64,000 bases of DNA, from positions 1-64,000 of IMG/VR virus record IMGVR_UViG_3300028030_000011, one strand, 5' to 3'. Source of the stretch: a virus. How positions within the stretch are numbered: the first letter of the stretch is position 1; each line of letters begins with the position of its first letter. Positions 56,557-64,000 of the stretch are shown here, piece after piece. Both the position numbers and the translations under genes were made by a program. Under the pieces are notes generated by a model. That model did not search any database. It had not been told where the DNA came from and saw only the letters and a list, made by a program, of their open reading frames with translations.

Positions 56557-58546
56557 TTTTACTCTCCTGTTTAATTTTCTCTATTGTAGCTTGTTTTGCT
56601 ACATCTTCTGTTGCTTCACTACCATCAATTTTTCTTGTAAACTCTAAATCATCTAAATCAGCTTTTGAACCAGCTTGTTTAGCCATAGCAAGATAGTGTT
56701 CAGCCTGAGCTTTCTCTTTATATATTTTAGCTTTTTGCTCTTCTAATTGCAACTGTTGCATCTCTTGCATGAATTGGTCAGGTTGAGGTTTGAAGTTTAG
56801 TATAGCTTTACTCATTGACTCTTCGCCATCAAGTCTACTTATTTGTGCTTGGTAGATTCTTCTTTCTCTCTCATCCATATTATTACCTGTAGTCTGTAAT
56901 AAGAATGCTAATCGTTCAGCTTTTGCTGCTCTAATCTCAGGAGATGATATATTTATATTCATACCAAATAATGGTTGGTATTGAGTTCTCTCTATAAATA
57001 ATTGTTCAGAACCTGTTTTTAACATTATCTCTTCATCAGATAGTAACTCTATATCTAATCTAGCAACTTTTATTGCTAACTTTTTAAGACCACTAGCTAA
57101 TCTTCTAAGTATTGAAGCTTCTCTTTTAGATACAGCATCTACTGCACTTCTAACACCTGTAGCTGTACTTCCCATAGAATCACCTGTGATACCATTAGAG
57201 CTAAAAGCTTTAACTCCTGTAAGGCTCTCAGCTTCATTGTTAAACGTTCCTATTAGCCAAGGTACTATCTGTGGTATATCTTCAAAATTTTGAGTATATA
57301 TAGCTTCCTGTGGATTATGTTCAGGATTTATCTCACAATCTTCTCCAGCTTGTAATTTATGTCTATTGTATCTATCAAAAGCACCTTTTCTATATATCTT
57401 TTGTCCTAATGCTTTTTTACCTGTTAAATCAATAACTCCTCTTAATATAGCTGATATAATATCTTGATTATCAGTTATCAAATCAGTAGGACTATCTCCA
57501 TAATTACTATTTACTTTTGGCAAACATTGAACCAACTCAAATGGTAACTCATGAAGAGGATATGGATTTTTCTCCATCCTAACTATAGTTTCATTTATCC
57601 ATGATATAACAACTGGTTCAGATACTCCATCATTATCAATATCATAATATCCCCAATATTCATTTACTATTAACTCTTTATTTGGAATATGAGCTACTCC
57701 ATTTGATTGTAACCAATCAAGTTCAGCTGTCAATGAAAAATCTTCAGGAACAACAGCTAAGTCTCCAACTGTTAGTTTACTTAAATTAAAATATCTACCA
57801 TCCTCTTTTAAATCAGATAATGTACTTCTGAATCTATGTCTTACATATTTAGCTTTAGATATATCTCCTTTTGCTGATGGGTCAATAGTTACGTTTTCAA
57901 TATCACAAAACTCAAATACAGGTTGATTTCTTACCACTATCTCTCTAACGACAGTCATTGAACCATCTCCATTGTTTGGCGATATAATATCAGTATAAGT
58001 ATCCATATCATATTCCTCAATTGGAATAATTAATTCATCTCTTTTAATCTCTCTATCCCAAGAAATTTTTATAATTGATGTTCCATCATCTACTGTTTTA
58101 GCAATGTATCGTGTAAGGAAATCATCATAATCATTCTCTTTTGTGAATTGAAAATTTAATAAATCTTGCAATTGAAAGAGAGCCAATCTATTCATTGGCA
58201 TTGAATCGCTTAATTCAAACAATGCATCATTTTGTGTTAACGCTGCTTCTAAATTTGGATATTGCCATGTAGATTGTTTTTTAACTAATCTATATACAAA
58301 TTTAGAACCATTATCAGAAGTATCGAAATTAATTTCACCATCTCTGTAACTATGCCATTCAATTATCTTGGAAAGCTGAGCCATAAGCTCATTCTCTCCA
58401 GATTGCATTTCATCATTTAGATTGTCAATAGTTGGTATATTCTTCCAATCTACTTTTAGATTCCCATTATCATTATAATGTTTATCTATTTTGTAGTCAT
58501 TTTCTTTATTTTCAATATCGTATGTTTTTTCTATTTTTTTAGACAT
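56543..58546 (-). CDS. Portal protein (N4 gp59-like)
   Basis: DWKNIPT, IDPSA, EYWGYYDIDNDG, RMEKNPYP, EAESLTGVKAFS. Confidence 0.9.
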   Translation of the reverse strand: MSKKIEKTYDIENKENDYKIDKHYNDNGNLKVDWKNIPTIDNLNDEMQSGENELMAQLSKIIEWHSYRDGEINFDTSDNGSKFVYRLVKKQSTWQYPNLEAALTQNDALFELSDSMPMNRLALFQLQDLLNFQFTKENDYDDFLTRYIAKTVDDGTSIIKISWDREIKRDELIIPIEEYDMDTYTDIISPNNGDGSMTVVREIVVRNQPVFEFCDIENVTIDPSAKGDISKAKYVRHRFRSTLSDLKEDGRYFNLSKLTVGDLAVVPEDFSLTAELDWLQSNGVAHIPNKELIVNEYWGYYDIDNDGVSEPVVISWINETIVRMEKNPYPLHELPFELVQCLPKVNSNYGDSPTDLITDNQDIISAILRGVIDLTGKKALGQKIYRKGAFDRYNRHKLQAGEDCEINPEHNPQEAIYTQNFEDIPQIVPWLIGTFNNEAESLTGVKAFSSNGITGDSMGSTATGVRSAVDAVSKREASILRRLASGLKKLAIKVARLDIELLSDEEIMLKTGSEQLFIERTQYQPLFGMNINISSPEIRAAKAERLAFLLQTTGNNMDERERRIYQAQISRLDGEESMSKAILNFKPQPDQFMQEMQQLQLEEQKAKIYKEKAQAEHYLAMAKQAGSKADLDDLEFTRKIDGSEATEDVAKQATIEKIKQESKNDTK

Positions 58547-58557
58547 GCTTCTCGACC

Positions 58558-60465
58558 TTACAATGTATTCTCATATATGTCTTGTACAGTTACTGTATCT
58601 AACTCTTCTTTATAATATCTTACGTCTGAGAATAAACATTTTGTATTGTATGCAGAGTTTGTAACATTTGTATATCCACCTAGAGACAGAGGAGTATTAT
58701 AGTTTTTTGACATATTATTTAATGTGGCACTTTTTATAATCTGACCATTTACATATACTCTTGCTATTGAATTTGTATAATCAATAGAAAACGCTATATG
58801 AACCCATGTATCTATTGGGAAATAATTGTTATTGTCAAAATACAATACTACAGTTGTGTCACCATATATATTTATTCTAGCTTTTGAATTTGTTACATCA
58901 TTGATAACAGCCCATTCATAATACGGTGATGAATGAGATGTGTACGCTTTATTCATAAGAATATTATCGTCTCCACTAACTGTTTCTAAAGGCTTAATCC
59001 ATGCAGTAACAGTAAATATGTCTCCCATATTTCCTAGTGGTAAGTCTATCCTATCATCAGTTCCATCAGTATAATAAACATCACCTCTAGTGCCATCAGT
59101 ATATGCTGATGCCCCATTAATTAACGAAGCATTAGAGTAATTACCTTGCTTGTCTACTAATGTGTTAATAAATGTATAGTATGCATCTGGCGAAGACACG
59201 AATAGTAGTGGAATATCTTTTGCTCCCAATGAAGCACTATATATTCTCACATAACTTATTTTACCATCATACGCATCACTCTCAGAGAATGAGATTCTAT
59301 CTCCACTTGTTATTAAAGAAGCATCAGTAGTACCTGCTGACTGTGTTACTAGTTCACCATTAACATGAATATCGTACTTGGAATTTGCACTATTCCAATT
59401 ACATATAATTCGTGAACAATATGTATTGGCGATATTATCAGTTATATATGTTACTTCTCCATCAGCACTTTTAATAGAAAGTGTTTCATTAGTTGCAGAA
59501 CCGTCTGATTGACCTAAAAATACGCCTATGTCACTTGCTCCAAACCCAATAAGTTGTTGTTTTAATGATGCACTAGTTATTTCATTTGTTGGAGTAATAT
59601 CAAATACAATAGCATATATATCAGGTACTGATAATGAAAGTTTTAAAAAGTTTCCAGAATTACCATTGAAATTAGCTGCTCTGTCAGTTAGTGGAACACT
59701 ACCTGTAACAGTCAAATGTCTTTGAGTGTGCCAATTATCATCATAACTATCATAGAATGGATATACAGCTATTAAATCATTGTCAACTCTTAGTGGATGA
59801 TTATATAAATCATAATCAAATATATGTTTAACATCTGATTGTGACAAGACACTATTCCATGCTCTAAGAGTAGAGTATCTCCCAACCATCCCATTTGTTC
59901 TAGTAGATACATGATTGCCAATAGTTATATTTGGTGTATTTGCTGTAAATGTAGTTGATTGCTGATATACTTGTGAACCATCCAAGAATAGTGTTACCTC
60001 TCCGTTGTTGCCTGTAACCAATATGTGATACCATCTATTAGGTACAATAGGTTCAAGAGTATTTAGTACCGTTGCAGAGTTCCCTTTAACTTCCAATTTT
60101 ACATTATTGGATGAACCATCTCCCATACTGACCATAACGTATTCAGTTGTATCATCTCCTATAGATAATATGTTTTGGTTCACCATATTACTATTTGTCT
60201 TTTTGACACACAAAGATATAGTCCATGTTGAAGATATATCAAATGTAGATACTCCATCTAGATAATCACCTGTTTGATTTTGAGCCAAGCATGACCCCTT
60301 TAATGTGTCACTACTCCATTCAGCTCCTGTAGCTGTAAAGTCATTGTCATATCTAAAATCTTCACCTGTTCCAGTTAACGGTACAGTTAATATTTGATTA
60401 TTTGGTATTCTACCTCTTGTATTTAGAAAAACTCTTTGACACGCACTCATGAAAGCACCAAACAT
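58558..60465 (-). CDS. LamG/concanavalin-A repeat virion protein
   Basis: Three LamG-like units (NRWYHI, DTWVHIAF, SDVRYY). Confidence 0.8.
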   Translation of the reverse strand: MFGAFMSACQRVFLNTRGRIPNNQILTVPLTGTGEDFRYDNDFTATGAEWSSDTLKGSCLAQNQTGDYLDGVSTFDISSTWTISLCVKKTNSNMVNQNILSIGDDTTEYVMVSMGDGSSNNVKLEVKGNSATVLNTLEPIVPNRWYHILVTGNNGEVTLFLDGSQVYQQSTTFTANTPNITIGNHVSTRTNGMVGRYSTLRAWNSVLSQSDVKHIFDYDLYNHPLRVDNDLIAVYPFYDSYDDNWHTQRHLTVTGSVPLTDRAANFNGNSGNFLKLSLSVPDIYAIVFDITPTNEITSASLKQQLIGFGASDIGVFLGQSDGSATNETLSIKSADGEVTYITDNIANTYCSRIICNWNSANSKYDIHVNGELVTQSAGTTDASLITSGDRISFSESDAYDGKISYVRIYSASLGAKDIPLLFVSSPDAYYTFINTLVDKQGNYSNASLINGASAYTDGTRGDVYYTDGTDDRIDLPLGNMGDIFTVTAWIKPLETVSGDDNILMNKAYTSHSSPYYEWAVINDVTNSKARINIYGDTTVVLYFDNNNYFPIDTWVHIAFSIDYTNSIARVYVNGQIIKSATLNNMSKNYNTPLSLGGYTNVTNSAYNTKCLFSDVRYYKEELDTVTVQDIYENTL

Positions 60466-60953
60466 TAGTCCATCCTTCCTATTCTTATAATTGTTGTTGA
60501 TTGAATAAAATATCCAAAAGTTTCATCACCTGTTAAAGAGCTAGGAACTGTTTTGAATTTAAACTCAGTTCCCCAACCTGTAACATTTTCAGCTGATTGT
60601 ATTACTATAATTCCTGATTGACCTACATTGAGATTTGTAGCTGTTACATTAGCACTTGTGGCTGTAAATACAAAATTATTTTCAGTATCGAAATCAATAA
60701 CATTAGAAGCTGTTGTTGTATCTATACCTGTTGTCTGAACACCTGTGAAATTATTTCCACCAGACAAGACAGCACCACCACCACCACTATTGGCTACCCA
60801 ACTTCTAGTTCCACTAGTTGTTGATGATAATATATATCCATCAGTAGGAGGATTTCCTAAAGATGGTTCTCTAGCTTCTACTTCGCTTTTAATCTTTGTC
60901 AAATACGTTTGAAATTGAGTTCTTACATATTGATATAAATTTATTACAGCCAT
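60465..60953 (-). CDS. Short tail fibre/virion protein
   Basis: GYILSSTTSGTRSW, NNFTG, GQSGIIVI; N-terminus paralogous to 60964-61779. Confidence 0.6.
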   Translation of the reverse strand: MAVINLYQYVRTQFQTYLTKIKSEVEAREPSLGNPPTDGYILSSTTSGTRSWVANSGGGGAVLSGGNNFTGVQTTGIDTTTASNVIDFDTENNFVFTATSANVTATNLNVGQSGIIVIQSAENVTGWGTEFKFKTVPSSLTGDETFGYFIQSTTIIRIGRMD

Positions 60954-60963
60954 TTATTATCCT

Positions 60964-61779
60964 TTATGCATTATTCCAATCATCTGTAGCTTCTGTGGAA
61001 GTAATATTGGTTGTATTCGCTGCATCATCAGGAATCCATAAACTATTTGTATTATCCCATTTCAGTATTTGATTATCGGTAGGAGCATTTGTTGATGTAT
61101 CGACATCTGATAAATCGTCTATTGCACTTACATTCCCAGCATTAGCCATTTGGTCATCTACATACTTTTTATTAGCTATTTGGTAATCGGTAGTAGGAGC
61201 TGAGCTAGGAGTAATAGGAAAGTCTCCAAATGTTTTAACACCGTTTACTGTTTCAGCTCCTGTATTGTGAACCACTCCACTATCATCTGCTTTTGCATTT
61301 AAAGCTGTTTGTGTAGCTGTTGATACAGGCTTATCAGCATCACTTGTATTGTCTACATTACCTAATCCTACATCTGATTTAGAGTAATCACCTGACTGAG
61401 GTGTTACAGCTCCTGTTCTACCGTTAAATGAACTTACACCACTACTTGGGGTAGTAATAGCTCTCCATGAACTAGCTTGTGTTAAATCATTATCAATTGC
61501 AATATAATCTTTTGATTCATCTGTTCTTGTACACCAATCACCCTTTTGTCCTGTCAATGCTAACATTGCAGTTTGGTTTGCTACTTCACCTAAAAAATCA
61601 CTTATTGTTATATCTGGTACTTGTGCATTAGGAATCTTCCCATCAGCTCCAAGTGAAGCGTATCCATTTGCTACACCCTTATCACTTGTACTTTGTTTAC
61701 TATTGGTTACTGTTTTAATTACAGGTAAATATGTTTGAAATTGACTTCTTACATACGCTTTTAAATCTATTGCTGCCAT
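60964..61779 (-). CDS. Tail fibre-like protein
   Basis: GVANGYASL, VSSFNGRTGAV, DVGLGNVDNTSDADKPVS, ANKKYVD, DLSDVD. Confidence 0.75.
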   Translation of the reverse strand: MAAIDLKAYVRSQFQTYLPVIKTVTNSKQSTSDKGVANGYASLGADGKIPNAQVPDITISDFLGEVANQTAMLALTGQKGDWCTRTDESKDYIAIDNDLTQASSWRAITTPSSGVSSFNGRTGAVTPQSGDYSKSDVGLGNVDNTSDADKPVSTATQTALNAKADDSGVVHNTGAETVNGVKTFGDFPITPSSAPTTDYQIANKKYVDDQMANAGNVSAIDDLSDVDTSTNAPTDNQILKWDNTNSLWIPDDAANTTNITSTEATDDWNNA

Positions 61780-61794
61780 TATATATATCCTTTG

Positions 61795-63135
61795 TTATGA
61801 GTTAACCCAATCAGCATCAGCTTCTAAATTTGTTATTGGATTATTTGCAATTGTTATAGCTTCCCACTCAGGAGTTACGTTAGCTCCTTTTGATGTTAGC
61901 ACCTCATTATTATTTCCTACGGAACTATTAACTGATAATCCATTCTCTGATAGTATTGTAACCAATCCAGTATTGTCAACTTTTACATTTGCTGTTTTAC
62001 CATTACCAGAAGATTCAATGTCAGTAAATGTATCATTTAACCTAATTCTACCATTAGTTTCTTCAAATTCTAAACTATGACCATTGAGCGTCAATGTTCT
62101 ATCACTTGTCAAAGTTCCATCTTGTGTGTATAAATTAGCAGAAGATGATATATTCTCCCATGTATACACACCTGCTGTAGCACCTGCTGTAAGCACTTTA
62201 CCACCATTGTTTGTACCATTTGCTGGTACATGAAGATTCCCATCTCCACTTGGATGAGTATAGTTGTTTGCATTACTGTCAATACTGTCTAGCTTTGTCT
62301 TATCAGTACCAGACATTAGACCAGCTTCTGTTGTTGTAGCTTGTGGTAATATAACAACATTGCCTGTACTAGAATCAATGCTAAAACTAGTAGATGTTTT
62401 ATTTGTTACTGATAGATTTGTATCTCTTTCAGGATTATCCATTGGAATAAAATTAGTTCCATTCCAAACTAATAATTGACCATTTTGAATAGGATTTGTT
62501 GCAATATCAACATCAGGGAGAGAACCTATACCTTGCTCATTTTCATCAACATGAACCACACCATTCACATCTATACTTAATCCATTCCCAATTTTTATAC
62601 CACCTAAAGTAGAATTATTTGCAGTAGGCAATGAGTAATTATTTGCTCCAGATTCAATATTGTTAAGCTTTGTCTTTTCAGTTGTTGTGTAGTCTTCTGT
62701 AGATAAACCCTTACCAACAACCTTATCTACTTTTATTTCATTGATATGTTTACCCATGTGTGCTGACAATGCATCTGTTGTTGCGTCAGATGTTAAAGAG
62801 TCTTCAATGTTTACTGTATTTGGATTAAACCCACCAGTAAAGCTAGAGCCACCATCATCAGTTTCAAGATATTCAATAAGTACAGAACGTTTATAATCTG
62901 TATTTAAATGATATACAAAGAAATCTCCTGCAGTTAATATAACTTGGTCTTTATAATCTAATTTATGGTCTACATCTACATCATGAATATATAAATTTAA
63001 TGATTTGTTGCTATCACTAATGTATAACGCACCTAAAGTTGGTTCATTGTTTGTAATGGAAGCATTCTTCCCAGATGGGACTACTAATTGTTCTTTTACT
63101 CCTGCATAAGGAATTATTTTTGTTTTTCTTATCAT
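61795..63135 (-). CDS. Tail fibre-like protein
   Basis: GKGLSTEDYT..EKTKL, TLGGIKIG, AGLMS.TDKTKLD, NNYTHP. Confidence 0.75.
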   Translation of the reverse strand: MIRKTKIIPYAGVKEQLVVPSGKNASITNNEPTLGALYISDSNKSLNLYIHDVDVDHKLDYKDQVILTAGDFFVYHLNTDYKRSVLIEYLETDDGGSSFTGGFNPNTVNIEDSLTSDATTDALSAHMGKHINEIKVDKVVGKGLSTEDYTTTEKTKLNNIESGANNYSLPTANNSTLGGIKIGNGLSIDVNGVVHVDENEQGIGSLPDVDIATNPIQNGQLLVWNGTNFIPMDNPERDTNLSVTNKTSTSFSIDSSTGNVVILPQATTTEAGLMSGTDKTKLDSIDSNANNYTHPSGDGNLHVPANGTNNGGKVLTAGATAGVYTWENISSSANLYTQDGTLTSDRTLTLNGHSLEFEETNGRIRLNDTFTDIESSGNGKTANVKVDNTGLVTILSENGLSVNSSVGNNNEVLTSKGANVTPEWEAITIANNPITNLEADADWVNS

Positions 63136-64000
63136 ACTATTTTACCTACCATACTAATTGTATTTTGTCTATTATTGGCTAATGTAGCTGTTGCTTCTAA
63201 ACATAATATCGTACCTGTTTCTATATTGTTATCTAATGATATGTTAAAAGAGTGCGTTGCAATATCTCCTTGATAAGAATACTCATCGCCTAATAACATG
63301 TTTGTAATTTTTAAATCCATTGAAACTAAAGAAGATACTCCGTTAATTGATGTGAATAATGTTTTTAATATTGAAGCTCCTCTATGTATTAGAACAATAG
63401 GAACATTGTTAATCATTTCAATTGTAAACCCATCAGTTATAAAAAATATAATAGGAGATGGTTTATCATAGATTGTAAAGTTATTTTTATCCTTAATTAT
63501 ACTATATGTACCATTAGTGTTATGAGCTAGTATGCTGATGCCATTTTCCTCAATATTAATCGTATCAGATACATAGTTATTTATATCAATCATCAATTCA
63601 TTTTTACTACCTATATTATCTATGTATGTATTTGTGTTATCACCAGATGATGTATAAACGTTACCTCTAAGAGTTCTTAATTCAACTTCTGAACCATCTG
63701 ATAAAACCCTTAGTGTATCAATTGGTTGTTCATATTTTTCATATATAACAATAATATTTTGCTCTGTAAATGATAATTGATTCTTATTCGTGAGTTTCAA
63801 GTCAATAGTTACAAGATTTTGATTCAAGGTGTTATCAGCTACTAATACAGATAAGTTTACATTGAAATTCGATAGTGGATTTGCTAATGTTTCACTATAA
63901 ATAGTTTGACCATCTTTATCTTTAACTGTAACTTCTTTTGATGTAATGTAATGGTCAATATTTAATGGAATTGTTAATCCATTTAATGGTGTTATCTCTA
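63132..64000 (-). CDS. Structural/hypothetical protein, 5' end outside the window
   Basis: Frame of called ORF 63132-63827 stays open to the window edge. Confidence 0.65.
   Translation of the reverse strand, partial: EITPLNGLTIPLNIDHYITSKEVTVKDKDGQTIYSETLANPLSNFNVNLSVLVADNTLNQNLVTIDLKLTNKNQLSFTEQNIIVIYEKYEQPIDTLRVLSDGSEVELRTLRGNVYTSSGDNTNTYIDNIGSKNELMIDINNYVSDTINIEENGISILAHNTNGTYSIIKDKNNFTIYDKPSPIIFFITDGFTIEMINNVPIVLIHRGASILKTLFTSINGVSSLVSMDLKITNMLLGDEYSYQGDIATHSFNISLDNNIETGTILCLEATATLANNRQNTISMVGKIV

Noticed and set aside
54856-63135. Diversity-generating retroelement acting on tail fibres
   Set aside because: No reverse transcriptase and no TR/VR pair with A-specific mismatches seen
1-64000. 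tRNA genes suggested by frequent GGTTC(A)
   Set aside because: No cloverleaf or GTTCRAnYC plus D-arm context found; these are the over-represented hexamer
1-64000. Stop-codon reassignment
   Set aside because: Standard code gives dense, full-length genes; TAG and TGA end conserved genes correctly

Overview
AT-rich (about 28% GC by eye) dsDNA phage segment with an N4-like (Schitoviridae-type) virion module: a 3626-aa virion RNA polymerase, gp51-gp59-like structural genes, major capsid, portal, lysis genes and several tail-fibre/LamG proteins. Promoters of the form TTTAAG-n-TGnTATAAT, AAGGA ribosome-binding sites and the NrdB sequence suggest a Campylobacterota host (inference). Layout: 1-8.3 kb holds ParB-like, HTH-Rep, RepL-like and CopG/Rep-like modules with iterons and long inverted repeats; 11-26 kb holds thyX, two helicases, a nuclease, a helicase-primase, SSB and a C5 methyltransferase, with no recognisable DNA polymerase or N4 RNAP II in the window; nrdB is split by a group I intron carrying an HNH endonuclease. 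The main candidate new system is five Rha/KilA-N gene cassettes in two arrays (26.1-28.9 kb, 48.3-50.1 kb) bounded by terminator+promoter direct repeats. Each has a structured leader RNA with a shared architecture but its own 14-23 nt antisense/target pair, centred on a UUG/CUG codon that opens a short upstream ORF. The same leader precedes the replication operon. Most paralogues also carry a private DNA palindrome inside the DNA-binding-domain coding sequence. Separately, the hexamer GAACCA/TGGTTC is strongly over-represented across the window. All family assignments come from motif recognition by eye, not database searches.
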